From: Rhodothermales bacterium
GTDB taxonomy: Bacteria > Bacteroidota > Rhodothermia > Rhodothermales > BA12
Assembly: GCA_963726715.1 (NCBI GenBank)
Contig: CAVSDF010000014.1
Coordinates: 60,899-124,898, forward strand
Length of the DNA: 64,000 bases
Direction of reading: 5' to 3'
Shown in pieces: positions 10,693 through 22,892 of this stretch. The notes below the pieces were generated by a model. That model worked only from the letters and a program-made list of their open reading frames with translations, ran no database searches and was not told the origin of the DNA. The translations under genes and the position numbers were made by a program. Within the stretch, counting starts at the first letter, position 1, and every line of letters starts with the position of its first letter.

Positions 10693-11890
10693 CTACCCCC
10701 CGCCCCGCCCCGGCGGCACCCCCGATCCCAATCCCCGCATCGCCCGCGCATCCGCGATGGCCACGACGCGCCGCGCAATGTCGGCGGCGGCGGTCGGCCG
10801 GGCGAGGGCGCGGGCGGCGTCCGACATCGCCGCGAGACGGGCCGGGTCGTGGAGGAGCGCGTGAACGGCAGGCGGCGAGCGTCGCCTCGACGGTCGCCTC
10901 GGGCACGAGGAGCGCAGCGCCCGCGCGCTCGGCGGAGCGCGCGTTGTGCGTCTGGTGGTCTTCGGCGACGTTCGGCGAGGGCACGAGGACGGCGGGCGTG
11001 CCGGTGAGCGCCAGTTCGGCGAGCGTGATGCCGCCCGCGCGGCAGAGGAAGAGGTCGGCGACGGCGTACGCCTGCTCCATCCGGTCGAGGTAGGGCACCG
11101 CGTGGATGCGCGACGCCAGATCAGCGCCGAGCGCCCCGAGGGCGGCGGCGGTGCGGGCGTGGTAGCGCGGGCCGGTGATCCAGAGCGCGTGGCCCGTCTC
11201 GCCGAGCATCGCGGGCAGGTGCACGAGGAGCGCCTCGTTGAGCCGCTGCGCCCCGAGCGATCCGCCGGTGACGACGAGCACCGGCACGCCGTCGGGAATG
11301 CCGAACGCGGCGAGGGCTTCGGCGCGGTCGCCCCCGGCCACGCTCGCGCGAACCGGGTTGCCCGACACGACGGCGCGCCCGGTGGGGAAGGCGGCGACGG
11401 CCTCCTCGAAGGCGACGTGGACCTCGGCGGCGATGCGCCCGAGCATGCGGTTGGTGACGCCCGCAAACGCGTTCTGCTCCTGCACGACGACCGGCACGCC
11501 CGCGAGCCGCGCCACCGAGAGCACCGGCGCGGTGACGTACCCGCCCGTCCCGACGGCCACGTGCGGACGCGCCGCGCGGACGACGGCGAGCGCTTCCCAC
11601 AGTCCGCGCGCGAGCGTGACCGGCGCGCGGAAGGCGGCGGCGCTGACCGTGCGCGGAAGGGCGGCGGCACGCACCGGCACGAACGCATAGCCCGCGAGGG
11701 GCACCGCCGTCGCTTCGAGTCGTCCGGCGGTGCCCGCGAACGTGATCGCGGCGTCGGGGCGGAGCGCGCGGACGGCGTCGGCGATGGCGAGGGCCGGGTA
11801 GACGTGCCCGCCCGTGCCACCTGCGGCGAAGAGCAGGCGCAGCGGCGCAGGCGTCTGTAGCGACACAGTGGTCTGGAGGGTCGTGCTCAT
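10693..11890 (-). CDS. murG: MurG glycosyltransferase (frameshift near 10870)
   Basis: [37 protein letters not shown]. Confidence 0.95.
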
Positions 11891-13047
11891 GACGCCACCT
11901 CCACCGGACCGGCGTTGCAGTGGCGCGAGACCGAGAGCAGCAGGCCCGCCATCAGCCCCGACGCGACGAGCGACGAGCCGCCGTAGCTCACGAACGGGAG
12001 GGGCAGCCCCGTCACCGGCAGCAGGCCCGAGGCGACGCCTGCGTGGATGAAGCCGTAGAGCGCGAGCGCTGTCGTGAGGCCCGTCGCCAGAAACAGGCCG
12101 AGCGGGTCGGGCGCGTGGCGCGCGATGCGCAGATAGCCGCGGAACAGCAAGGCGGCGAAGAGGCCGAGGACCAGGAAGCCGCCGACGAGGCCGTACTCCT
12201 CGCCGATGACGGCGAAGATGAAGTCGTTGAAGGGCGCGGGCAGGAAGTCGCGCTGCACGCTCCGTCCCATCCCCTGCCCCGTCACGCCGCCGAGCGCGAA
12301 CGCGATCGCCGCCTGGTGCGCCTGGTAGCCCTCGTCCTGCCGGTTGAAGACCTGCTCCTCGCTCGTCGCGCCGAAGATCTTGACGCCGAGGAAGCTCTCG
12401 ACGCGCGCCGCACGCGCAGGCGAGAAGACGAGCATCAGGAGCGCGAGCGCCGCGCCGACGGGCACGAGCGCCGCGATGTGCAGCACGCGGATCCGCCCGA
12501 CGAAGCACACGACGAGCGACACGACGAGCAGCACGAGCGCCGCCGACAGGTTCTGCATCCCGATCAGCGCGCACGTCCCGAGAATCCAGAAGAACACCGG
12601 GATCGCCGCCTGCTTGCCATCGGTGATGACGGCCTGCTTGCGCGCGAGGAGCACGGCGAGGTACACGAGGAGCGCGACGCGCGCCAGCTCCGACGGCTGG
12701 AACCCGAACGCCCCCACCCGCAGCCACCGCGCCGCGCCGCCCGAGACGACGCCGACGAGCGGGGTCAGCGCGAGCAGCGCCCACAGCCCGACGAGCGCCG
12801 GACGCGCCAGCCCCGCCGCCTTCCGGTAGTCGACGCGGCTCACCGCGAGCATCAGCCCGAGGCCGAGCGCGAGGCGCATCAGGTGAAGCCCGAGCAGCCG
12901 CGTCTCGTCGCCGCCCGCCTTCGTCTCGGCGAGGTACCCGATGGCGCTGAACACCACGACCACCCCGAACGCCGCAAGCGCGGCGACCACCCACCCGACG
13001 TAGCGGTCGGCGGGAGCCAGGGATCGAAGCGGAGACGCAAAGGCCAT
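11887..13047 (-). CDS. ftsW: Peptidoglycan glycosyltransferase FtsW
   Basis: FQPSE, DFIFAVIGEEYG, PVTGLPLPFVSYGGSS. Confidence 0.95.
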   Translation of the reverse strand: MAFASPLRSLAPADRYVGWVVAALAAFGVVVVFSAIGYLAETKAGGDETRLLGLHLMRLALGLGLMLAVSRVDYRKAAGLARPALVGLWALLALTPLVGVVSGGAARWLRVGAFGFQPSELARVALLVYLAVLLARKQAVITDGKQAAIPVFFWILGTCALIGMQNLSAALVLLVVSLVVCFVGRIRVLHIAALVPVGAALALLMLVFSPARAARVESFLGVKIFGATSEEQVFNRQDEGYQAHQAAIAFALGGVTGQGMGRSVQRDFLPAPFNDFIFAVIGEEYGLVGGFLVLGLFAALLFRGYLRIARHAPDPLGLFLATGLTTALALYGFIHAGVASGLLPVTGLPLPFVSYGGSSLVASGLMAGLLLSVSRHCNAGPVEVAS

Positions 13048-13092
13048 CGAAGCGAACAGAGGTGTGAAACAGAGGTGTTGAAAAGGAATCGT

Positions 13093-13117
13093 GTAGGGGC
13101 GGGTCCCCGACCCGCCC
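13093..13117 (+). repeat. GTAG-type REP, family A copy 2
   Basis: GTAG-GGGCGGGTC-CCC-GACCCGCCC. Confidence 0.85.
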
Positions 13118-13152
13118 GCGCGGCGCCCCATCGCCCCGCGCCATCCCAAGAA

Positions 13153-14577
13153 TCAGAGGTTCAGAACGAGCCGCTTGAACGTGTCCCCACGGTCCTCGTA
13201 GTTGTCGAACATGTCGAACGAGGCGCACGCGGGCGAGAGGAGCACGATGTCGCCGGGGCGCGCGAGGCGGCGGGCGCGGCGGATGGCGTCTTCCATCGAC
13301 CCGGCAGACTCTGCCGCCGGGGCCGACGCGCCGAGTTCGCGCATCACCTTCTCTGCCGACTCGCCGAGCGCCACGACCGCGCGGGCCTTGTCGCGCACGA
13401 GCGGGCGCAGCGTCGCGTAGTCGTTGCCCTTGTCGCGCCCGCCCGCGATGAGCACCACCTTCTCGTGCTCGAACGATTCGAGCGCGTACCAGACGGCGTT
13501 GACGTTCGTCGCCTTGGAGTCGTTGACGTAGCGAACGCCCTCGAACTCGCGGACCGATTCCAACCGGTGCGGCACGCCTTCGAACGTGGCGAGGCTCTCG
13601 CGCACGACGTCGCTGCGCACCTCCAGCACGCGCGCGGCGACGGCGGCAGCGAGGGAGTTGTAGAGGTTGTGGCGGCCCCGCAGGGCCAGGTCCGCTACAG
13701 GCATGAGAACCTCGTCGGGTTGAGAGGGAAGGCGGAGAACGAGGGCGCCGTCGCGGACGAAGGCACCCGCTGGCACCTCGCCGTCGAGCGAGAGGCCGAG
13801 GGCGGTGAAGGCGCGGCGCCGGGCGGAGGCGTCGGCGAATTCGGCGACCATCGGGTCGTCGGCGTTGAAGACGAGCGCGTCGCCCGGCCCCATGTTGGCG
13901 GCGATGCGAAACTTGGCAGCCGCGTAGTGGAGGAAGTCGCCGTCGTAGCGGTCGAGGTGGTCCGGCGTGATGTTGAGCAGCACGCCGACGCGCGGGCGGA
14001 AGCGGTCGATGTGGTCGAGCTGGAACGACGAGACTTCGAGCACCACGAGGTCGTCGGCGGTCAGGTCGGCGACGTAGTCGGCGAACGGGTAGCCGATGTT
14101 GCCCGCCACGACGACGCGGCGCGGGCGGTAGCCGTCCCCCGTCGATTCGCTCGCGCGGCGGAAGAGGTAGGCGGCGAGGCTGGTCGTGGTCGTCTTGCCG
14201 TTGGTGCCGGTGATGGCGACGATGGGCGCGGCGCAGAACCACGCGGCGACTTCGATCTCCGAGTAGACCGGCACGCCCTGCCGCACGAGCTGCGCGACGG
14301 GCGGGGCCGTCGACGGCACGCCGGGTGAGACGACGGCGAGGTCGGCGTCGAGCGCGCGGGCGGTGTGGCCGCCGAACTCGAAGGCGACGCCTGCCGCCGT
14401 GAGCGCCTCGGGGAGGCCGTCGGTGGCCGGGCCGCGCTCGCTCAGGAACACGCGCGCGCCACGCCCGGCGAGCAGCCGCGCCACCGCCAGCCCCGACCGC
14501 GCCCCGCCGATGACGGTCACGGCCCGGCCCGCAAGCGCAGGCACGGCGGCGGCAGAGATGTCGGCAGGAGCAGGCAT
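13153..14577 (-). CDS. murD: UDP-MurNAc-L-Ala--D-glutamate ligase
   Basis: [36 protein letters not shown]. Confidence 0.97.
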   Translation of the reverse strand: MPAPADISAAAVPALAGRAVTVIGGARSGLAVARLLAGRGARVFLSERGPATDGLPEALTAAGVAFEFGGHTARALDADLAVVSPGVPSTAPPVAQLVRQGVPVYSEIEVAAWFCAAPIVAITGTNGKTTTTSLAAYLFRRASESTGDGYRPRRVVVAGNIGYPFADYVADLTADDLVVLEVSSFQLDHIDRFRPRVGVLLNITPDHLDRYDGDFLHYAAAKFRIAANMGPGDALVFNADDPMVAEFADASARRRAFTALGLSLDGEVPAGAFVRDGALVLRLPSQPDEVLMPVADLALRGRHNLYNSLAAAVAARVLEVRSDVVRESLATFEGVPHRLESVREFEGVRYVNDSKATNVNAVWYALESFEHEKVVLIAGGRDKGNDYATLRPLVRDKARAVVALGESAEKVMRELGASAPAAESAGSMEDAIRRARRLARPGDIVLLSPACASFDMFDNYEDRGDTFKRLVLNL

Positions 14578-14626
14578 GGGGAGCGGGTGGGAGGACGACG
14601 GAGCGGGGAAGCGGACGCGGCGCGCG

Positions 14627-15790
14627 TTACTGGATGCGCAGGCTGAGGAGCGTGGCGACGGTCGTGATGGCCGTCACGATCCAGAAGCGCGTGGCGATCT
14701 TGGCCTCGTGGAGGCCCTTCGCCTCGTAGTGGTGGTGGAGCGGCGCCATCTTGAAGACGCGCTTCCCGACGCCGTATTTGTGCTTCGTGTACTTGAAGTA
14801 GCCGGTCTGCACGACCACCGAGACGGTCTCGGCGAAGAAGACGAGGCCCATCACCGGCAGCAGCAGCTCCTTGCGCACGCAGAGCGCGAGCGTCGCCACG
14901 GCGGCGCCGAGGGCGAGGCTGCCGGTGTCGCCCATGAAGACGCTCGCCGGGTAGCCGTTGTACCAGAGAAAGCCGAAGCACGCCATCGCGAGCGCGGCGG
15001 CGAAGACCGTCAGCTCGCCCGAGCCGGGCAGAAACTGCACGCCGAGGAAGCCTGCGACGATGGCGTTGCCGGAGATGTAGCAGAGGCCGATGAGCCCGAG
15101 CGCCACGAACGCCGTCACGCCCGCGGCGAGGCCGTCGAGGCCGTCGGTGAGGTTGACGGCGTTGGTGATGGCCGTCATGATGAAGACGACGACGGGGATG
15201 TAGACGAGCCAGCCGAGGTCGAGGCCGCCCGCCCACTCGCGGAGCGAAGAAGTAGTCGAACGTGCTGCCCTTGTAGAACGGCAGGTGCGTGAGCGTGTGG
15301 ACGCCCCACGTCGTCGGGTTGAAGTAGAGCATGCAGCCGACGAACAATCCGCACGCCCACCTGGGCGACGAATCTTCACGCGCGGCGCGAGGCCGTCCTT
15401 GTTCTTCTTGACCGTCTTGATGTAGTCGTCGGCGAAGCCCACGGCGCCCATCCACGCCGTCGCGACGATGGCGACCCACGGGTAGAACGACGACAGATCG
15501 CTCCACAGCAGCGCCGAGATGAGGAGCGCGCCGCAGCAGGATGAGGCCGCCCATGGTCGGGCGTGCCCGCCTTGTGCGAGTGGTTGACGACGCCGGCATC
15601 CTCGCCGACGCGCACGCGCTCGCCGAGCTGCTGCGCGCTTAGCCACACGATGACGCGCTTGCCTGGCGAAGAGGGCGATCAGCAGGGCCGTGAGCGCGGC
15701 CAGGCTCGCGCGCACGGTGATGAACCGGAACACGTCGAAGCCGGGCGGCGCGTACGCCTCGTTGATCTCGCGGAGGGGCCAGTAGAGCAT
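14627..15790 (-). CDS. mraY: Phospho-MurNAc-pentapeptide transferase (internal frameshifts)
   Basis: ADDYIK, NAVNLTDGLDGL, FMGDTGSL, MAPLHHHYE. Confidence 0.96.
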   Translation of the reverse strand: MLYWPLREINEAYAPPGFDVFRFITVRASLAALTALLIALFARQARHRVAKRAAARRARARRRGCRRRQPLAQGGHARPWAASSCCGALLISALLWSDLSSFYPWVAIVATAWMGAVGFADDYIKTVKKNKDGLAPRVKIRRPGGRADCSSAACSTSTRRRGASTRSRTCRSTRAARSTTSSLREWAGGLDLGWLVYIPVVVFIMTAITNAVNLTDGLDGLAAGVTAFVALGLIGLCYISGNAIVAGFLGVQFLPGSGELTVFAAALAMACFGFLWYNGYPASVFMGDTGSLALGAAVATLALCVRKELLLPVMGLVFFAETVSVVVQTGYFKYTKHKYGVGKRVFKMAPLHHHYEAKGLHEAKIATRFWIVTAITTVATLLSLRIQ

Positions 15791-15797
15791 CGGGGCG

Positions 15798-17419
<1,622 letters not shown>

Positions 17420-17423
<4 letters not shown>

Positions 17424-19634
17424 CGCGTGCCTCCGGCCGGGGCCGATGTGGAGGCGGCAGCGGCCGTTGCCGCCACCGTGGCGGGCGTCGCGGGCGCTTC
17501 GGGAGCCGTCGTCGTCGCGCTCAGGCGGGCGACGCGCGGGAGGGCGGCGCCGACGCCAGGCGTCTGGCGGCGGACGACACCGCTGCCGCTCACGCGCGCC
17601 TCGACGCCGAGACCGGCGAGCCACGTCCGCGCCTGCCGCGCCGAGAGACCGCGCACATCCGGCATCGTCCGCGCAGGGGCGGTGGCCGGAGGGGTGGCCG
17701 TCGCCGAAACAGCAGCGGCGCGGCCCGTCACCAGATGGACCGCCGAGCCGCGCGCCGCACGGGCGCCGACGGCCGGGGTCTGCGAGACGACCGGCTGGGC
17801 GCTCGCACCGACGCCGTCGGGGGTCAGCCCGAGGGCGCGGAGGCGCTGCGCGGCGACGCTCGCCGGAAGGCCTGCGAGGCGCGGCATCGGTCGACGGCAC
17901 CGGCGCACCGGGAACGGCGTCGGCGGCGCGAGGCGCTCGGTGAGGCGCGGAAGCGTCGCCGCCCACCGGCTGGCGATCCGCTGGAAGATCGGCGCGGCGA
18001 TCTCGCCGCCGTAGATGCCCGACCGCGGCTCGTCGACGACGATGACGAGCGCCACCTGCGGGTCGTCGGCGGGGAAGAAGCCGACGAACGAAGACCGGTA
18101 GCGCCGAATAGCCGTCGCCGTCGTTCTTGCGCGCGGTGCCGGTCTTGCCCGCCACGGGGAGGCCCGTCGAGGCGCGCCTGCTTGCCGGTGCCGTCGCTCA
18201 CGACGGCGCTCGAAGTCGGGCATCAGGCGGCGGGCGGTCGCGGGCGAGAAGGCGCGGCGCACCGAGTCCTGGCGCCGCGTCCAGAGCATCCGCCCCTGCA
18301 CGTCGCGCCGCTCGGCGACGACGAGCGGGCGCACGAGGAGGCCGCCGTTGGCGAGCGCGCAGTAGGCGGTGAGCAGCTGGAGCGGCGTCACCGACACCTC
18401 GTAGCCGATCGCCATCGACGGAAGCGTCGAGCGGCTCCAGCGGTAGAGGCGCTTGAGGCGCCCGGACGCCTCGCCGGGCAGGTCGATGAGCGTCGGCTGG
18501 CCGAAGCCGAGCCCGCGCGCCATCGTGTAGAACGGCTGCCGCCCGGCGAGCATCGCCACCTTGCGCCGCGCCGATGTTCGACGACTGGGCGATCACGTCG
18601 GCGAGGGTCACCGAGCCGCCGCGGGTGGTCGTCGCGCATCGTGCGCCCGCCGAGCGGTCGCCACGCCCGCGCCGGTCTCGATCCACTGCCGCTCGCCGAC
18701 GGCGCCCGCCTCGACGGCTGCTGCGGCGGCGACGAGCTTGAAGGTCGAGCCGGGTTCGATCTGGTCGCTCGACGCCGTGGTTGCGGCGGTGGAGCTCGTC
18801 GAAGGCGCCCGGGCGGTTCGGGTCGTAGGTGGGCACGACGGCCATGGCGAGGACGGCGCCGGTGCGCGGGTCCATCGCGATCGCCGTCGCCCAGCGCCCG
18901 CCGTTCGACGGCGGCGGCGGCGGCGAGTTCCTCCTCCAGCATCGTCTGCCGGATGAGGTCGAGCGTGAGCACGAGCGACTGCCCGTGCTCCGGCTCGACG
19001 GTCCGCCCGCCCACGAGCGCCTTGATGCGCGCCGCGGCGGTCGCGCTGCACGGCGCGGCGTCCGGGCGTGCCGCTGCAGGAAGGCGTCGTACTGGAGTTC
19101 GAGGCCCGCGAGGCCCGCCCCGTCGCGCCCGACGTGGCCGACCACGTGCGCGAGGGCGGTGCCGTAGGTGTAGCGGCGCTCGGTGAGGGCGTCGCGCAGC
19201 ACGCCCGGCACGCGCAGGCTGTCGATGCGCTCGGCCTGCACCTCGCTGAGGCCGCGCGCGAGGACGACGTAGCGGCGGCTCGCGCGCGTCCGCACGCGGC
19301 GGCGGTACTCGCGCGCCGGGCGCCCGGTGACGTCGGCGAGGGTCTCGTAGAACTCGTCGGCGCGGGCGTCGAAGCCGCCTTGCAGCGGGTCGAGGGCGAG
19401 GTCGTAGCGCGCGGTCGTCGTCGCGAGCACGCGCCCGTCGGCGTCGACGATCGGCCCGCGCAGCGCCGGAAGCTCGGTGAACGCCGACGCCTGCCGCGCG
19501 CCCTCGGCCCGCAGGGCATCGCCCGCGCTCCCGCTCAGCTGCACGAGCCGCGCCCCCACCGCGAGCGGCAGCAGGCACAGCACCACGAGCGCCCCGTAGA
19601 GGCGGATGCGGATCTGTTCGAGGGGCGTGGACAT
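17420..19634 (-). CDS. ftsI: Class B PBP FtsI with PASTA domains (frameshifted)
   Basis: N-terminal TM, GLELQYD, EPGSTFK, SSN, GKTGTA; C-terminal [13 protein letters not shown]. Confidence 0.93.
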
Positions 19635-19698
19635 CGAAGCGGGCGGCGGTCGCGGGCGACCGGGGAAATCAGGGTGGGGAAGAGAGGGCGGACGCGCC

Positions 19699-20247
19699 TC
19701 AGCGGGCGTCGACGTGGATGGCGGGGCCGTAGCCGATGCCCTCCGAGAGGCCGAGCGCGCGGGCGCGGGCGACGACGACGGCGGGCGAGGTGGCGGCGTC
19801 GAACTCGCCGCGCAGGCGGTTCAGCTTGAGGTGGAGGCGGGCGTTCTCGTGGCGCGCGGCCTGCACGGCCACGAGGGCGTCGCTCGTCGCGTAGACGTGC
19901 CCTTCGTACGCGGTGAAGAGCGCCGCCCCGGCGATGAGCAGCGCGAGCACGCGCCGCGACGACATCCGCGCGAGCACCCGCTCGATCCGCCCGGCCCGCG
20001 GCGCCGACGGCGCGCCGCCGAGGTCGCTCCACCCGAGCATCCGGCTGCTCGCCGTCCGCCCGGTCTGCCCGCTCCGCGACGTCCGCTGCGCCGACGAGGG
20101 CGCGTGGCGCGGCGCCGCCGTCGTGCGCGCCGCCGGACGGGCCGGCGTAGCACGCGCAGGCGCCGGACGCTCGGCACGGGCGCGGGTCGGCTCGGCGCGC
20201 TCGGAGGCGCGGCGGAGACGGACCGTCGGAGCCGGGTCAGTACGCAT
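19699..20247 (-). CDS. ftsL: FtsL-like cell division protein
   Basis: Basic low-complexity N-terminus, one TM, coiled coil ENARLHLKLNRL, ARALGL; lies between rsmH and ftsI. Confidence 0.7.
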   Translation of the reverse strand: MRTDPAPTVRLRRASERAEPTRARAERPAPARATPARPAARTTAAPRHAPSSAQRTSRSGQTGRTASSRMLGWSDLGGAPSAPRAGRIERVLARMSSRRVLALLIAGAALFTAYEGHVYATSDALVAVQAARHENARLHLKLNRLRGEFDAATSPAVVVARARALGLSEGIGYGPAIHVDAR

Positions 20248-20315
20248 GGGCAGGGTGGAAAGAAGCGAGGCGCGGAAGGCGCGGGGGACGAAGGCGGTGG
20301 GTGGAGGGCGCGGCG

Positions 20316-21330
20316 TCAGACGCGCTCGGCGATGCGGAGGCGGGCGCTGCGGGCGCGGGGGTTGGCGGCGACTTCGTCCGCCCCGGCGGCGACCGAGTGG
20401 CGCGTGACGTCGCGAAAGGGCGCGAGGACGTTGCCGTAGAGGTCGCGCTCGGGCTTGCCGCGTCGAAGTTGCCCGTGCGGAAGTAGCGCTTCGCGCGGCG
20501 GTCTTCGAGCGAGTGGTACGAGAGCACCGCCACGCGCCCGCCCGGCGCGCACGAGCGCCGCCGCGCCCGCGAGCGACCGCTTCGAGCGCGTCCAGCTCGT
20601 CGTTGACGGCGATGCGGAGCGCCTGGAAACACGCGGGCGACGGCTCTTGGCCTCTTCCTTGCGCGGCACCGCCGCGGCGCACGACGTCGGCGAGCGCGCG
20701 CCGTCGTCTCCATGGGCCGCGCCGCGACGATGGCGTCCGCGATGCGCCGCGCGCGCGGCTCCTCGCCGTCGCGCTAGAGCAGGCGCACGAGGTCGGCGGC
20801 CTCCCACGTGTTCACGAGCGTCGGCGGCGCTGCGTCCTGCGCGCTGGTCCATCCGCATGTCGAGCGGGCCGTCGAAGCGGTGCGAGAAGCCGCGCTCGGC
20901 GCGCGTCGAACTGGTGCGACGACACGCCGAGGTCGAGCAGCAATCCGTCGATGGCGTCGATGCCCGCGCCGCCGAGCACGCTGGCGAGATCGCCGAACGA
21001 TGCCGCGGACGCGTGCGAGAACCGCCGCTCGCCACATCGCCCGTCGAGGCGGGCGGTGGCTTCGGCGAGGGCATCGGCGTCGCGGTCGATGCCGACGCAC
21101 GCGGCCGTCCGGCGCGAGCGCGCTCGAGGAGCGCCGTCGCTGTGGCCGCCGCCGCCGAGCGTGGCGTCGACGTAGAGGCCGGATCGGTCGGTGACGAGGC
21201 CAGTCACCACATCCATGCAAAGAACGGGCACGTGGTAGCCGCTGCCGTGGGGCAGCGCGTGCGGAAGGTCGTGGGGGCGGGCGGCAGGCGCCGCGCGCGG
21301 GTCAGGGTCCGACGTCTCCATCTCAGACAC
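20316..21330 (-). CDS. rsmH: 16S rRNA m4C1402 methyltransferase (frameshifted)
   Basis: YHVPVL, DATLGGGGHS, LDLGVSSHQFD, PLDMRMD, FQALRIAVN, SYHSLEDR, NPRARSARLR. Confidence 0.95.
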
Positions 21331-21772
21331 CTCCGAACGTGCGCTCGATGAGTTCTTCGGACTCGCCCGAGGGGCGGTTGAGGTGGGCGGCGAGGGCGGC
21401 GGGGTCCCAGATTTCCATGTGGTCGCCGGAGCCGAGGATGTGGGCGGTCGTCGAGGCGGTGAGGTGCCCGTGTTCGAGGAGCGCCTTGGTGAGCGTGATG
21501 CGTCCCTGCGCGTCGATCTCGACGTCCTCTGTCTGCATCGTCACGCGGCGGACGGCCTCGCGGTGCGCCGCGTTGAACGGGTTGACGCTGTTGACGAGCG
21601 CCGTCTCCTTCGCCTGCCACGTGTCGAGCGGGTAGACGAAGAGGCAGTTGTCCATCCCGTAGCAGACGACGAGGTGCTTCTGCTCGCCGAGGGCCGCGCG
21701 CATCTTGGCCGGGATCGCCACGCGGCCCTTGCTGTCGATGCTGTGCGCCTGTTGGCTGCGGAAGTAGACCAT
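21323..21772 (-). CDS. mraZ: Transcriptional regulator MraZ
   Basis: Two DxxGR AbrB-like repeats (IDSKGRVAIP, IDAQGRI), HMEIW. Confidence 0.95.
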   Translation of the reverse strand: MVYFRSQQAHSIDSKGRVAIPAKMRAALGEQKHLVVCYGMDNCLFVYPLDTWQAKETALVNSVNPFNAAHREAVRRVTMQTEDVEIDAQGRITLTKALLEHGHLTASTTAHILGSGDHMEIWDPAALAAHLNRPSGESEELIERTFGGV

Positions 21773-21822
21773 CGGTCGGATGCGAGAGGGGGCAGAGCGG
21801 CGGCGGCGAATTCCAGGGTGGG

Positions 21823-21852
21823 CCCACCCTGATTCCCCACTTTCCCCCACCA
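21823..21852 (-). promoter_or_regulatory. Probable MraZ operator (GTGG direct repeats)
   Basis: Minus strand TGGTGGGGGAAAGTGGGGAATCAGGGTGGG, just downstream of the -10 box; resembles known MraZ boxes. Confidence 0.6.
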
Positions 21853-21858
21853 CGCCCG

Positions 21859-21886
21859 AAAGTACCCTCCACACCCTTCAAGTCAA
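21859..21886 (-). promoter_or_regulatory. Sigma70-type dcw promoter
   Basis: TTGACT-N16-TACTTT on the minus strand. Confidence 0.65.
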
Positions 21887-22154
21887 GCAAAACGGTCACA
21901 AAAACGCGATTCCGATCCGGCAAAATCCGATGCGCAAAGGATATGCACATACCCGACAGGGGCCAGGTCGCGCCGAAATCACCCGTGGGTGAAAATCCAT
22001 ACCCCATCCTGAGAGTGCCCGGAAAATCTATTCACCTGTGGCTCCGACCACGCCTCTGACCGGGCGCACATACCCGGCGCGCCTATCTTTCCGGCGCCCG
22101 TGTCGCCCGTCTCTCGTCCCACGTTTTCGCGCGGTCGCCCGCTTCCCCGCCCCG

Positions 22155-22790
22155 ATGGCCACGCCGCTGACCGAGCGCCAGGACCTGGCCCTCGACTTCT
22201 TCCGCGCCTACGTGCGCGAGCACCGCAAGCCGCCGACGCTCGCGGAGATCGGGAGCGCGATGGACATCCGCTCGACCAACGCGGTGAGCAAACTCGTCCG
22301 CGCCCTCGTCGACAAGGGCCACCTGACGCACACGCCGAACGTGGCACGCGGCCTCTCGCTCGCCGACGACGACCCGCTCGCCGGCACGACCGGCGCCCCG
22401 CTCCTCCCCATCCTCGGGCGCGTGTCGAGCGCCGAGCCGGATCGCCTGCGCACCCGCCCGTCCGGCTACTTCGCCGCCGACGCCTCGCTCACCGGCCGCG
22501 CCGACCCCGACGCCTGCCTCGTCGGCCGCGCGGGCGACGACGGCATGAACGGCGATGGCGTCCGCAAGGGCGACCTCGTCGTCGTCGAGGAGACCGACGC
22601 GATCAAGAGCGGCGAGATGGCGCTGTTTCTCGTCGGCGAGAAGCTCGTCGTGCGCCGCCACCACCTCGCCAACGGGCGCCTGCATCTGCGCCCCGCCGAC
22701 CGCCGCTACACCGAGGAGACGTACATCCCCGGCGAACCCGCCTGCCTCGTCGTCGGGCGCGTGCTCGCCGTCGTGCGCAAGGTCGTGTGA
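22155..22790 (+). CDS. LexA-family transcriptional regulator, predicted non-cleavable
   Basis: LexA wHTH (LTERQ, PPTLAEIG, S-NAV, KGHL, ARGL) plus S24-like domain lacking the Ala-Gly site and the Ser/Lys dyad. Confidence 0.88.
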   Translation: MATPLTERQDLALDFFRAYVREHRKPPTLAEIGSAMDIRSTNAVSKLVRALVDKGHLTHTPNVARGLSLADDDPLAGTTGAPLLPILGRVSSAEPDRLRTRPSGYFAADASLTGRADPDACLVGRAGDDGMNGDGVRKGDLVVVEETDAIKSGEMALFLVGEKLVVRRHHLANGRLHLRPADRRYTEETYIPGEPACLVVGRVLAVVRKVV

Positions 22791-22832
22791 GGCACGTGGC
22801 TGGAGGCCGGTCCGTGCTGCAGGGGTGCAACC

Positions 22833-22857
22833 GGGCGGGTCGCCGACCCGCCCCTAC
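22833..22857 (-). repeat. GTAG-type REP, family A copy 3
   Basis: GGGCGGGTC-GCC-GACCCGCCC-CTAC. Confidence 0.85.
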
Positions 22858-22892
22858 GGATCACGCGGAGGCACGGCCGGGGCGACGCTCCA

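Noticed and set aside
13055-13078. Direct repeat AACAGAGGTGT x2 upstream of ftsW
   Set aside because: Single occurrence next to a REP; cannot be told apart from a local duplication.
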